Positions 20,112 to 30,172 of a stretch of 64,000 bases of DNA are shown here, one piece after another. Origin of the DNA: Patescibacteria group bacterium (GTDB taxonomy: Bacteria > Patescibacteriota > Microgenomatia > UBA1400 > Chisholmbacteraceae); NCBI GenBank assembly GCA_022564195.1, contig JADFLW010000003.1, forward strand, positions 12,747 through 76,746, given 5' to 3'. A program made the position numbers and the translations under genes. The stretch's first letter is position 1. Each line of letters starts with the position of its first letter. The notes beneath the pieces are model-generated. The model was not told the DNA's origin, did no database searches, and was given only the letters and a program-made list of their open reading frames with translations.

Positions 20112-20925
20112 ACTCATTCCAATTCTTCTCCTCGCATTGCTTGTTGTTGCCGGAATCTTGGGCTTGAAGTTCTTGCGATCGCGAGGTGAGGATCAAGAAG
20201 AAACCCGAGGATCTGCTCCGAGAGTTGAACCGGTTAATCAGCTCCCGATCAGTCTGCGTCCGTTTACCCTAATCATCCCAAGATCGGATGGAAGAGAAGT
20301 ACGCATCATTATCAACCGCTTAGAAAGCGCTTCGCAAGCTGAATACGAACTTGAGTATCAAGCCGGCACGCTTCTTCAGGGAGCATTCGGAAAAATCGAC
20401 TTTACGAAAGAAGAGGCGCCAGTGACGAGAAATATCCTTCTTGGCTCTTGCAGCGCTGGAGGAAAGTGTAGCTATCACGAAAACGTCATCGGAGGGACGC
20501 TTCTTCTCCGCTACGCAAACGGAGAAACCACGGCGCTCAAAAGCGAGTGGAACTTTCAAGTGATGAGCGAACAAGAGGGGCGATTCACCTCCCGCGACGC
20601 AAAGTTCACGTATGATGTCGGAAAAAACGGCCTCTCTGCTCGCACCTTCGTGATCATTGCACAGACCATGGGATTGCCAGCACCGGTCGATGGAGAAGTG
20701 GTCGGCGGCCCCTACGCGGTGAGTTTGCCCAAAGGAGTTTCACCAAGAGCGAGAGAGATAGAGCTTACATTGCGTGCGAGCACCACCGATTCGAATGTCA
20801 AACTCTTGGGTTGGACAGAAAACGGCTGGATCGAATACGAGGTCAAACAAAGCGGAAAAACCCTCGAAGCCGTTGTCGACCAAGCCACCACCTTCGTTGC
20901 GGTAATAACTCCAAGCACTCCATAA
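20092..20925 (+). CDS. Hypothetical membrane-anchored protein
   Basis: 277 aa with N-terminal TM LIPILLLALLVVAGILGL. No motif recognised. Confidence 0.5.
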   Translation: MKGLKPKLIPILLLALLVVAGILGLKFLRSRGEDQEETRGSAPRVEPVNQLPISLRPFTLIIPRSDGREVRIIINRLESASQAEYELEYQAGTLLQGAFGKIDFTKEEAPVTRNILLGSCSAGGKCSYHENVIGGTLLLRYANGETTALKSEWNFQVMSEQEGRFTSRDAKFTYDVGKNGLSARTFVIIAQTMGLPAPVDGEVVGGPYAVSLPKGVSPRAREIELTLRASTTDSNVKLLGWTENGWIEYEVKQSGKTLEAVVDQATTFVAVITPSTP

Positions 20926-21005
20926 GTCAGTCAAACTCTCTTTTAATCCGCCTTCGCGAAAATCTCCGGCCTTTCAGGCCTGAGAGCTTCAATCTGCCTC
21001 TTGAC

Positions 21006-21052
21006 AAAGTGCATCAAAGTGCTCTTGAATGGTAAGTAGTGGTGAAAAGTGG
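21006..21052 (+). promoter_or_regulatory. Phased MraZ-box-like repeats upstream of mraZ
   Basis: AAAGTGC at 21006 and 21016, GTAGTGG at 21036, AAAGTGG at 21046. Spacing is 10 bp or multiples of it, and TTGACA lies at 21001-21006. Confidence 0.45.
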
Positions 21053-21112
21053 TGAATCAACCTATAAATAGAGATAGTCTCTAATCCTCTGCCTGGGGTA
21101 GATGAAAAAGCA

Positions 21113-21544
21113 GTGTTCATAGGAATTTATTATCACACATTGGAAGCAAAAGGCAGGCTGGCGATACCAGCAAGCTTTCGTCGCAACCTTGACAAGGGAA
21201 GTGTCGTAACTCGGGGACTTGATGGATGTCTTTTTCTCTTTCCTGCCCGCGACTGGAGAAAGTTCGTAAAAAAACTCCAACAAAGTCCTTTAACCCAGAA
21301 GAAAGCCCGCGAATTCGTACGGCTCATGACGCACCAAGCAGCAGAGGTTGAATTTGACAGCCAAGGAAGGACAAGAATACCAAGTTACTTGCAGGAGCTT
21401 GCCGGTTTGAAAAAGGAGGTGGTCATTGCCGGATCACTCGACAGGATAGAAATTTGGGACAAAGCACGCTATCACCGATACATGAGAAAGATTGAAGAAA
21501 GAAGCGAAGAGATTGCTGAAAGCCTAACAGAACTCGGTATTTAA
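21113..21544 (+). CDS. mraZ: Transcriptional regulator MraZ
   Basis: GTG start. FIGIYYHTLEAKGRLAIPASFR and a second SpoVT/AbrB-like half (DSQGRTRIPSYL). Confidence 0.9.
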   Translation: MFIGIYYHTLEAKGRLAIPASFRRNLDKGSVVTRGLDGCLFLFPARDWRKFVKKLQQSPLTQKKAREFVRLMTHQAAEVEFDSQGRTRIPSYLQELAGLKKEVVIAGSLDRIEIWDKARYHRYMRKIEERSEEIAESLTELGI

Positions 21545-21701
21545 GGTTATATACGGCGGACAGAGAAAGGAGAGGCGATGACGATGTTCAACGGCGAAGA
21601 AATACGCGAGAAGCTGCAAGACCATCTGAGCCGACTCCAAGTTCAAACCCAGATTGAGGGACAAGAGCCCCCAAGAGAGGAGGAAATGCCTCAAGCAAAC
21701 G

Positions 21702-22628
21702 ATGAGCAACCACAAGAAGGGTAAGCATGTCCCGGTGCTGACCAAGGAAGCGATTCAAGGACTGAATGTACAAAAAGGAAAGCAATACATCGACGCGACT
21801 GTAGGGGACGCAGGACATGCAACAAGAATCATAAAGAAAGGAGGACTCGTTTTAGCCATCGATTGGGATCCAGGGGCCGTAAAAAGGGCAAAACAACGGC
21901 TGAAGGAAGTTTGCCTTGCCCCAAACCAGGTTTTGCGGGGCCCTACCCAGCCGTTCATCTGTGTCGTCGGGAACTTCAAGAACTTGGCAAAGATTGCAGG
22001 AAAATACGGATTCGGTCACCCAGCAGGCATTCTTTTCGATCTTGGAGTATCCTCACCCCAACTTGAAGATCCAAAGAGGGGCTTAAGCTTCACAAAAGAA
22101 GGACCGCTTGACATGCGACTGGATCCTTCACTGAAACGCACGGCAAAGGATTTGATCAACGAATTGAGTCAGGAGGAGCTCTATGAGATTTTTACTCGAA
22201 ATGCTCAGGAGGAGCTGGCTCGGCCAATTAGCAAGGCTATTGTCCGCGCCCGTCGCCTAAAACCAGTAGCGACAACAGTTGAGCTTGCCGAAATTGTACG
22301 GGGTGTCGCTGCAACCAGGCGAGGAAGGAGCAAGCTCCATCCGGCAACTAAGGTATTTTTGGCATTACGCATAGAAGTAAATGAGGAAACTGCCAACCTC
22401 AAAGAAGGGGTCTTCCAGGCAATCGACTTACTTAGACCTGAAGGGAGACTCGTGGTCATAAGTTTCCACGAAACCGAAGACAGAATCGTCAAGCACGCCT
22501 TGCGAAAGGGGTTGAGAGAAAAAAAACTCACGATTCTCACACGAAAGCCCATGACAGCATCGATGCCTGAGAGAACAAGGAATCCGAGAGCACGAAGCGC
22601 GAAACTGCGAATCGCCGAACGTCTATGA
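21702..22628 (+). CDS. rsmH: 16S rRNA (cytosine1402-N4)-methyltransferase RsmH/MraW
   Basis: HVPVLTKEAI, DATVGDAGH, FDLGVSSPQLED, ISFHETEDRIVK. ATG 21702 preferred to the track start 21654. Confidence 0.9.
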   Translation: MSNHKKGKHVPVLTKEAIQGLNVQKGKQYIDATVGDAGHATRIIKKGGLVLAIDWDPGAVKRAKQRLKEVCLAPNQVLRGPTQPFICVVGNFKNLAKIAGKYGFGHPAGILFDLGVSSPQLEDPKRGLSFTKEGPLDMRLDPSLKRTAKDLINELSQEELYEIFTRNAQEELARPISKAIVRARRLKPVATTVELAEIVRGVAATRRGRSKLHPATKVFLALRIEVNEETANLKEGVFQAIDLLRPEGRLVVISFHETEDRIVKHALRKGLREKKLTILTRKPMTASMPERTRNPRARSAKLRIAERL

Positions 22629-22930
22629 ATCGAAAACCATCTGAAGCACCACATCGGAGGCTGATAGCGATAGCTATCGTGTCTGTTGTAACCTTCTTGG
22701 CGGCGAACCTGTTTGTTTCCAATGTATTGGCGACAAGCGGTGAAAAGTTGCGGGACCTGAAGCGTAGGCAGGAGAATCTCCTGGATCAAAATAGCAGATT
22801 AAGAGCCGAGATCATTGAAAAAAGCGCCCTCACGGCCCTTGAGGATCGGGCGCAAAAGCTTGGATTTGTTAAATCGACTCAGACCTTGAGCATCTCTTCG
22901 CAACCACCAGTAGCGATGCATCAACAATGA
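22625..22930 (+). CDS. ftsL: FtsL-like cell division protein
   Basis: 101 aa with a single TM followed by a coiled-coil-like segment. Position between rsmH and ftsI. Confidence 0.55.
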   Translation: MNRKPSEAPHRRLIAIAIVSVVTFLAANLFVSNVLATSGEKLRDLKRRQENLLDQNSRLRAEIIEKSALTALEDRAQKLGFVKSTQTLSISSQPPVAMHQQ

Positions 22931-24672
22931 TGAAGCGACGCCTGAATTTCTTGCTTGCAGTTCTTCTTCTGACAACGGTAGCCATCGTCATCCGTCTCTT
23001 CTACTGGCAAGTGATCGCCGCGGAGCAGTTAGTTGTCCTCTCAGAAAGCCAACTGCAAGAAACTTACGAAATTCCCGCAATGCGAGGCGAAATCCGCACC
23101 AGCGATGGATTTCCGCTGGTGACGAACAAGAAAACATTTTTGGTATACGCCTACCTCCCTCAACTTGAAAAAACTCGCGAAGAGGTGGCAGATGCCCTAA
23201 ACCCTATTCTCGCATCACTCATGTTTCAAGAAGCCTCGCCTTCTGCCCAGCCTGCACTGACCTCACGAGAAAACGAGGCACATGAAGCGCTTCTTATGAA
23301 ACTGAAGCGTCAGGATGTGCTGTGGATTCCACTCGTCCGAAACGCCCAAAATTGGCAAAAAAAAGCGGTCGAAAAGCTTGAGATCAAAGGCATAGGAACA
23401 GAGTTCTCTTTCAGGCGAGAATATCCAGAGGCATCCATGGCAGCCAGCCTTTTAGGGTTTGTCGGAAGTGACATTGCTGGAAATCCAAAAGGCTATTTTG
23501 GTGTCGAGGGACACTACGGTCTGGAACTCAAGGGGAGGCCCGGCTTGGTGCGGCATGAAAAAGATGCTTCAGGAAAGCCAATTCTGATCGGGAATTTCAG
23601 TGAACTCGAAGCCAAAGACGGAAGAAATTTGGTGCTCCACCTGGACCGAGCCATACAAAGAATCGTCGAAAAAAAGCTTCAAGAGGGGCTTGAGAAATAC
23701 AAAGCAGTACGGGGAGAGGTTGTGATTCTTGAGCCCAAAACTGGAGCCGTGATTGCTATGGCTTCTCTCCCAGGTTACGATCCTTCGCAATTCCATCGGT
23801 ACGACGAGAAATTGTACAAAAATCCCGTGGTCTCGGAAGCATACGAGCCGGGCTCCGCGTTTAAAGTGCTTGTCATGGCAGCAGCGCTGGAGGAAGGAGC
23901 AGTGAAACCAGAAACCCGCTGCACAATATGCGATGGACCAGTGAACATCGGAGGATACACAATCCGTACTTGGAACGATGAATATCATCCGGAGATGACC
24001 GTGCGAGAAGTCATCCAATACTCAGATAATGTCGGGATGGTGTTCACGGCTTCCAAGCTGGGCTTGGCGAAACTCCATGAATATTTAGTCCGTTTCGGGA
24101 TTGGAGAAAAGACGGGAATTGATCTCGAGGAAGAGACCGCAGCATCACTGCGACCGAAAGAGGAGTGGAAAGAAATAGACATCGCAACAGCCGCGTTTGG
24201 TCAGGGAATCGCGGTGACCGGCATCCAAATGGTACGAGCGGTTGCCGCAATAGCCAACAACGGAATCATGATGGTTCCTCAAGTCGTGCAGAGGGTAGAG
24301 GGAGACAGGACAGTAGAAATTCAGCCAAAAATAGTGAAAAGAGTGGTATCGGAAGAAACGGTAGAGATCCTAACGGAGATGTTGGTCAATGCGGTTGAGA
24401 ACGGGGAAGCCCAATGGGCAAGACCAAAAGGATTTAAAATTGCCGGCAAGACCGGTACATCGCAAATCCCGGTCGCAGGGCACTACGACGAAGAAAAAAC
24501 AATCGCAAGCTTTATTGGATTTGCCCCCGCCGATGACCCGAAGTTTGTCATGCTCGTCAAACTGAGAGAACCGGGAACCTCACCTTGGGGATCCGAAACA
24601 GCAGCGCCACTCTGGTTTTCAATTGCCAAAGACCTGTTTTATTACTACGGAATCCAACCGCAGATATACTAA
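22927..24672 (+). CDS. ftsI: Penicillin-binding protein 2x/FtsI-type transpeptidase
   Basis: N-terminal TM. SxxK (GSAFKVL), SxN (YSDNVG) and KTG (AGKTGTSQ) boxes. Confidence 0.9.
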   Translation: MMKRRLNFLLAVLLLTTVAIVIRLFYWQVIAAEQLVVLSESQLQETYEIPAMRGEIRTSDGFPLVTNKKTFLVYAYLPQLEKTREEVADALNPILASLMFQEASPSAQPALTSRENEAHEALLMKLKRQDVLWIPLVRNAQNWQKKAVEKLEIKGIGTEFSFRREYPEASMAASLLGFVGSDIAGNPKGYFGVEGHYGLELKGRPGLVRHEKDASGKPILIGNFSELEAKDGRNLVLHLDRAIQRIVEKKLQEGLEKYKAVRGEVVILEPKTGAVIAMASLPGYDPSQFHRYDEKLYKNPVVSEAYEPGSAFKVLVMAAALEEGAVKPETRCTICDGPVNIGGYTIRTWNDEYHPEMTVREVIQYSDNVGMVFTASKLGLAKLHEYLVRFGIGEKTGIDLEEETAASLRPKEEWKEIDIATAAFGQGIAVTGIQMVRAVAAIANNGIMMVPQVVQRVEGDRTVEIQPKIVKRVVSEETVEILTEMLVNAVENGEAQWARPKGFKIAGKTGTSQIPVAGHYDEEKTIASFIGFAPADDPKFVMLVKLREPGTSPWGSETAAPLWFSIAKDLFYYYGIQPQIY

Positions 24673-24694
24673 GTGCGGAAATCCCCCAGTTTAG

Positions 24695-24700
24695 TATAAT
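24695..24700 (+). promoter_or_regulatory. -10 box TATAAT 7 nt upstream of ATG 24708 (murE); possible leaderless mRNA
   Basis: Perfect TATAAT read directly. No convincing -35. Confidence 0.3.
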
Positions 24701-24707
24701 TTCAGCC

Positions 24708-25973
24708 ATGAAACCCAGTGCAGGGGAAGTGTTGAGAAACCAAAGGGCAGTTGTGTGGATTCGTGGTCTGATTCCGCATCGTTTGCTGAATAGGGTGTAT
24801 CATTTGCCTCGAGCAGTGATCGCAAATGCGGTATATAGGTTTCCTTCTAAAAGGCTCACCGTTGTTGGTGTGACCGGAACCAAAGGAAAAACGACAACCG
24901 CTCACATGATGTACCATATTTTGAGAGAGCAGAAGAAGAACGTGTTGCTCATCTCAACCATCGGTGCGTTCTTTGGCCCAACCAAGATTGACACAGGACT
25001 GCATGTCACAAATCCTGAACCATTTGCGCTGCAAAAACTCCTCCGTCAGGCAGCGGACGAAGGATACGAGTATGTGGTCCTCGAGGTCACAAGCCATGGA
25101 CTGGCTCAATTCAGAAATTGGGGAATTCGGTTTGCCTTGGGGGTGTTCACGCAAGTGCGCGCCGATCATATCACCTACCACGGAGGGGTAGAGGAATATA
25201 AGAAAGCCAAATCCAGGCTCGTAAAAATGTCAAGCAAAGTTGTGCTCAACAGTGATGATCCGAGCCTAAAGTACTTGCTATCCGTGGCCAAACAACACGA
25301 TGTTCCCGCAGTTTTCTATAAAGGAAGTGAAAAGCGCCTTAAGTCTCAGAATGAAGAAGCTGCAATTGCTGCGGCAGTGGAGCTTGGGATTAGAGAAAGC
25401 GAAAGCCGGAAAGCGCTGGAATCATTTCCCGGGATTCCTGGCCGCATGGAGGTGATGAAAAAAAGACCGTTCACTCTTGTCATCGATTTCGCCCACACTC
25501 CAGAGAGTTTGGAGGCCTCACTGAGTGAGCTCCGTCCGATGGTAAAGAAAGACGGGAAGTTGCTTGCGGTCTTCGGCTGTGCCGGTGACAGAGATCCGGG
25601 TCGAAGAAAGATGGGCGCCGTGGCTGCAAAATTGTCAGACATGTTTATCATCACCGCTGAAGATCCCAGGACAGAAGGGGTTGAGAAGATAAGCGATGAG
25701 ATCAGAAGGCACGCGCTATCAGCAGGAGCAAGAGAGATCCCGCTTAAAAAAGCCGTACCGTCGAACAAGAAAAATGGAGCGACGTTCACTCATATCCCAG
25801 ACAGACAAGAAGCAATAAACTTCGCAATTGCCAATGCAAATCCCGGTGATGTGATAGGATTCTTTGGCAAGGGTCATGAGAAGAGTATGTGTTTTGGTGC
25901 GACAGAATACACCTGGTCCGAGCATAAGGCAGTGCGAAAAGCGTTATCATTACGGGAGAAAGGGAAAAGATGA
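24708..25973 (+). CDS. murE: Mur ligase, MurE-like (short N-terminus)
   Basis: VVGVTGTKGKTTTAHM P-loop, DFAHTPESLEASL, GCAGDRDPGRRKMG. ATG 24708 preferred to the track start 24585, which overlaps ftsI. Confidence 0.8.
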   Translation: MKPSAGEVLRNQRAVVWIRGLIPHRLLNRVYHLPRAVIANAVYRFPSKRLTVVGVTGTKGKTTTAHMMYHILREQKKNVLLISTIGAFFGPTKIDTGLHVTNPEPFALQKLLRQAADEGYEYVVLEVTSHGLAQFRNWGIRFALGVFTQVRADHITYHGGVEEYKKAKSRLVKMSSKVVLNSDDPSLKYLLSVAKQHDVPAVFYKGSEKRLKSQNEEAAIAAAVELGIRESESRKALESFPGIPGRMEVMKKRPFTLVIDFAHTPESLEASLSELRPMVKKDGKLLAVFGCAGDRDPGRRKMGAVAAKLSDMFIITAEDPRTEGVEKISDEIRRHALSAGAREIPLKKAVPSNKKNGATFTHIPDRQEAINFAIANANPGDVIGFFGKGHEKSMCFGATEYTWSEHKAVRKALSLREKGKR

Positions 25974-27247
25974 GCCAAGTTACCGCAGTCCTCCTTGCAG
26001 GTGGTGTCGGCAAGCGCCTTTGGCCAATGACTCAGGATAAAAGCCTCCTTCGATTTTTGGACAAACCGCTCATTGCGCATACAGCCTTGGCACTGAGGAA
26101 CGCCGGAATTACGCATGTGGTTGTAGTCGCCAACAGACAAAATCAAAAAGCACTACAGGAGCTCAAGGGAGGAACGGTAGTCGTTCAAAAGAACCCTCTT
26201 GGAATGGGGGATGCCATGCTGACGGTGCGAACCCACATCAAAGGAAGCTCGATCCTTGTCGTCAATGCTGCCGACATTGTCGATCAAAAGTTGTACGAAA
26301 ATATTCTCCAGAAAGCTCAAAAGACGAGTGCGGACATCATTATTCCGGGCTTGGAAAGAAAAGAGTATTTTCCTGGGGGATACCTGAGAATCGAGGGGGG
26401 GAAAGTGGTCGAAGTAGTTGAGAAGCCTGGAGAGGGAAGGCGGCCGAGCAATTTGGTCAATCTGGTCGCGCACTTTTTCCGAAACGCGAATGAGTTTCTT
26501 GAAAAGATTCAAAAGACGGATTCAAAAAGAGATGATGTGTACGAGCAGGCCTTGTCCGCGCTTCTCAAAACCAAGAAGGCGGAGGTAATTCGCTACAAAG
26601 GCCCGTTTGGATGGATAAAATACCCCTGGGATATCTTGGAGATGTCAAGCCTTTTCTTGAGAGAAAGAGTGAGCACATCGAGCATAAGCCGAAAGGCATC
26701 CATTCATGGTTCAGCAATCATTGAAGGCCCGGTGGTTATTGAGAGCGGGGCGAAGGTGCTCGAGCACGCAGTGATCAAAGGCCCGACATACATTGGAGCC
26801 AACTCCACAATTGGAACAAGCGCCTTGGTTCTTGAGTCGATGATAGGGAGAAATTGTATGGTTGGCTTCGCGAGTGAGGTAGCAAGGAGTTATCTGGGGA
26901 ACGGGTGTTGGCTGCATACCAACTACATCGGCGACTCGGTGTTCGAAGGGGAAAACTATTTGGGCGCAGGTGCCGTGACCGCAAATTTCCGATTCGATGA
27001 AAACAACATCCATTCAACAGTAGAGGGAAAAAGGATGAACACGAAACGGACCAAACTCGGAGCTATCCTTGGTCGAGGTGCCCGTGTTGGAGTCAACGCC
27101 AGCCTGATGCCGGGAGTGAAAATCGGCTCGGGTGCATTCGTTGGTCCCGGTGTCGTGCAGTATTCGGATATGAATGCTCAAGGTCGAGTATTCATGGATC
27201 GAGCTCTAGTTCGTGAGTCAATACGAAAGAAGAAAAACGATCAATGA
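25970..27247 (+). CDS. Sugar-phosphate nucleotidyltransferase fused to a C-terminal LbH domain (GlmU/GCD1-like architecture)
   Basis: AVLLAGGVGKRLWPMT loop. The C-terminal half has hexapeptide-type repeats (IGANSTIGTSALV..., LGRGARVGVNASLMPGVKIGSGAFVGPG). Confidence 0.7.
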   Translation: MSQVTAVLLAGGVGKRLWPMTQDKSLLRFLDKPLIAHTALALRNAGITHVVVVANRQNQKALQELKGGTVVVQKNPLGMGDAMLTVRTHIKGSSILVVNAADIVDQKLYENILQKAQKTSADIIIPGLERKEYFPGGYLRIEGGKVVEVVEKPGEGRRPSNLVNLVAHFFRNANEFLEKIQKTDSKRDDVYEQALSALLKTKKAEVIRYKGPFGWIKYPWDILEMSSLFLRERVSTSSISRKASIHGSAIIEGPVVIESGAKVLEHAVIKGPTYIGANSTIGTSALVLESMIGRNCMVGFASEVARSYLGNGCWLHTNYIGDSVFEGENYLGAGAVTANFRFDENNIHSTVEGKRMNTKRTKLGAILGRGARVGVNASLMPGVKIGSGAFVGPGVVQYSDMNAQGRVFMDRALVRESIRKKKNDQ

Positions 27248-27990
27248 AGAATGTCGCAGCGATCGTTCTTGCTGCCGGAAAAGGAACACGAATTAACGCC
27301 CTGACAACCAACAAAGTTCTGTTCCCACTAGCGGGGAAGCCAATGATTGGATACACTGCTGAGCTTCTCCGCAAGACAGGTGTTTCTCCAATTGTGGTTG
27401 TGGTCGGCTTCAAGGGGAAGGAGGTCATGCGCTTCTTAGGCCGCGGATTTGTGTATGTCAATCAAGGCAAGCTTCTTGGCACGGGCCATGCGGTTCAAAA
27501 AGCAATGACAAAGCTACCCCAAGAAACAAAACAGACATTGGTGCTCAATGGAGACGATTCGGCGTTTTATACTCCGCAATTGTTGAAAGATTTAATAAAC
27601 CTTCATCTCAGATCTCACGCGGTCATGACCGTTCTTTCGGTCGAAAGGAAAGATCCAATAGGATACGGACGAATACTTCGGGATCGAAATGGAGAAGTTA
27701 CAGGAATTCGGGAGGAAAGGGATGTTACGGAAAAAGAAAAAAGGATAAAGGAAATCAACACGGGCGCCTATTGTTTCTCAGTGAGCTTCCTCAGAAAGTA
27801 CCTCAATAATATCAGAAAAAATCCCGTGAAAGGCGAATACTATCTCACTGATTTGGCAGAGTTAGCCGTGAAGGACAATCTAGACGTGGAGGCAGTCAAA
27901 GTGGATGATGAGACAGTCTCGTTGGGGGTGAATTCCCTGGAAGAATTGAAACAAGCAGATCGGCTGATGAGACAGAAGCTCAAGTCATGA
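27244..27990 (+). CDS. GlmU-N-terminal-like nucleotidyltransferase (uridyltransferase domain only)
   Basis: AAIVLAAGKGTRINALTTNKVLFPLAGKPMIGY, GTGHAV, NGDDS. No acetyltransferase domain. Confidence 0.7.
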   Translation: MKNVAAIVLAAGKGTRINALTTNKVLFPLAGKPMIGYTAELLRKTGVSPIVVVVGFKGKEVMRFLGRGFVYVNQGKLLGTGHAVQKAMTKLPQETKQTLVLNGDDSAFYTPQLLKDLINLHLRSHAVMTVLSVERKDPIGYGRILRDRNGEVTGIREERDVTEKEKRIKEINTGAYCFSVSFLRKYLNNIRKNPVKGEYYLTDLAELAVKDNLDVEAVKVDDETVSLGVNSLEELKQADRLMRQKLKS

Positions 27991-28703
27991 TAACTATTCA
28001 TCTCTCACCAGATGCATATAGCGTTGTCACTGAAACCTCTGAAGGAAATATCGATGCTCGATTTGGTAAAAAGAGCCTGATCCAAAGCAATATCAAAAAC
28101 ATCGCAAAGCAACTGAAGATCAATCCATTGGATTTCGTCCAAATGCGACAAGTGCACAAAACACATATAGCGCGAGTTGGGAAAGCTCATCGAGGGACAA
28201 AGATCAAGGAAGTCGACGGCTTGATCACCGATGAGCCAGATGCTGTCCTGATGCTCCGTGTGGCTGACTGCATTCCGGTATTTCTTCTCGATCCCCAAAC
28301 CCGCGCAATCGGATTAGTCCATTCTGGATGGAGAGGGTCGATAGGAAAAATCATCCTTGTCGCAATCGAAAAGATGATGCTGGAATTCAACACGAACCCT
28401 CGTGATCTACACATAGCTCTCGGCCCATCAATCCAAGCCTGCTGCAACAGATGGGAAAGACCACCGCTGCAACTGGAGCTTCCCGAATGGGAGCCGTTTG
28501 TTACAAAAAAAGGAAATGGATTTGCGGTCGATCTTCCGGCATTCGTGGTCGACACTTCCATCAAGGCAGGCGTCAAAAGAGAAAACATAACCATGTCGAA
28601 AAATTGCACGGTAATGGATCGTAAATTTTTTTCCCACAGGCGATCTCAAGAAACCGGTGAAGCGGAAGGTCGCTTCGCCACAATTATAGGGCTAAAATCC
28701 TGA
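27987..28703 (+). CDS. pgeF: Peptidoglycan editing factor PgeF/YfiH (DUF152, laccase-domain protein)
   Basis: RVADCIPVFLLDP...GLVHSGWRGSIGKI. Confidence 0.85.
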   Translation: MITIHLSPDAYSVVTETSEGNIDARFGKKSLIQSNIKNIAKQLKINPLDFVQMRQVHKTHIARVGKAHRGTKIKEVDGLITDEPDAVLMLRVADCIPVFLLDPQTRAIGLVHSGWRGSIGKIILVAIEKMMLEFNTNPRDLHIALGPSIQACCNRWERPPLQLELPEWEPFVTKKGNGFAVDLPAFVVDTSIKAGVKRENITMSKNCTVMDRKFFSHRRSQETGEAEGRFATIIGLKS

Positions 28704-28762
28704 AATAAGGATAGACGGCCGTCGACACAGATTCAGGATTCAAAAGCAAAAAACTCAAGATA

Positions 28763-30172
28763 ATGAATATCAACAGGATACACAACATCCATTTTTCTGG
28801 AATAAAGGGCGTCGGGATGACTGCGCTTGCTCTCTATGCTCAGGATATGGGGAAGAACATCACCGGTAGTGATGTTGCCGAAGAGTTCGTTACCCAAAAA
28901 GTTTTACAACGTCGCAACCTTCCGATATCGGTGGGACTGAGTGAAGACAGTGTGCCTCCTGATACAGGAGCGTTGGTGTATTCGGCAGCCCATCCCAAGA
29001 ATCCGCAAATTCGATATGCAGAGAAGAAAAGCATTCCTGTATTGAGTTACGCCCAAGCCTTGGCGCAGTTGACAAGCGAGAAACAAATCGTTGCGGTCTG
29101 CGGAGTGGGAGGGAAGTCAACCACAGCCGCAATGATTGCAACAATTCTTCATAAAGCTCGGATGAGCCCAAGCTTTGTCATCGGAGTCGGGAATATCTCA
29201 AGCTTTGGCGTTCCAGGTAGATTCGTGGAAGGCAAACATGCTGTTGTCGAAGCGGATGAGTACGTCACTGTCCCAAACGCAGATATGACTCCCAAATTTC
29301 TTTATCTCAATCCCAAGATCATCGTGGTAACCAATATCGAACATGATCACCCTGACGTCTACAAAAACTTGGACGAAACAAAGCAAGCATTCCAAAGATT
29401 TTTCCGGCATCTCCCCAATGATGGATTGCTCGTGGCAAACATCGACAGCGCGAATGTGCAAAGCGCTTTAGTAAGCCTAAGAGAACTAAGGTTCAGCGCA
29501 GAGGTCGTGACCTATGGATTCTCACCGCAAGCGGACTGGCACATAGAAAAGATAGTGGTGAAAGACAATAAGACGCAGTGCACGGTAGGATTCGATGGAG
29601 TAAGCGCCGAGCTTACCTTAAGCATCCCGGGAAAGTTCAATGCGGCCAATGCTGTAGCTGCCATGGTAGTCGCCACTCATCTCGGCGTAGCTCACAGGGT
29701 GTCACGGCAAGCGCTCGAACAATTTAGAGGGACTAAGCGGCGCTTCCAACGCATCGGGAGTTTCAAAGGAGTAGAGGTTTGGGATGACTACGCACACCAT
29801 CCAAACCAGATCCAAGCCACACTTGCCGCCGCAAGAAACTGGTTTGCCAAACGAAGGCTCGTTGTCGTCTTCCAACCGCATACCTACTCAAGGACCAAAG
29901 CCCTGCTTGAGGATTTCGCGCAAGCCTTGAGTTTGGCTGACGAAGTCATCGTCACCGAAATCTACGCCTCAGCCCGAGAGAAAAAGGACCCATCAATATC
30001 AGGAAGCGTACTTGCCCAACGCACAGCGAAGCACCTCAAGAGCAGCAGATACATTCAGAAGGATGCCGTGCTAGAATATCTGAGAAGCTCCACAAAAAGC
30101 GGAGATGTAGTCATGACTCTGGGAGCCGGAGATATTTACAAAGTGGCAGAAGAAATGGTTGGAAGCGGATGA
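28763..30172 (+). CDS. murC: UDP-N-acetylmuramate--L-alanine ligase
   Basis: IHFSGIKGVGMTALA, CGVGGKSTTAAM, DDYAHHP. Confidence 0.9.
   Translation: MNINRIHNIHFSGIKGVGMTALALYAQDMGKNITGSDVAEEFVTQKVLQRRNLPISVGLSEDSVPPDTGALVYSAAHPKNPQIRYAEKKSIPVLSYAQALAQLTSEKQIVAVCGVGGKSTTAAMIATILHKARMSPSFVIGVGNISSFGVPGRFVEGKHAVVEADEYVTVPNADMTPKFLYLNPKIIVVTNIEHDHPDVYKNLDETKQAFQRFFRHLPNDGLLVANIDSANVQSALVSLRELRFSAEVVTYGFSPQADWHIEKIVVKDNKTQCTVGFDGVSAELTLSIPGKFNAANAVAAMVVATHLGVAHRVSRQALEQFRGTKRRFQRIGSFKGVEVWDDYAHHPNQIQATLAAARNWFAKRRLVVVFQPHTYSRTKALLEDFAQALSLADEVIVTEIYASAREKKDPSISGSVLAQRTAKHLKSSRYIQKDAVLEYLRSSTKSGDVVMTLGAGDIYKVAEEMVGSG

Noticed and set aside
27964-27971. CTGATGAG inside the GlmU-like gene as a hammerhead core.
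   Set aside because: No downstream stem II/CGAAAC or flanking stems. It is a coding sequence coincidence.
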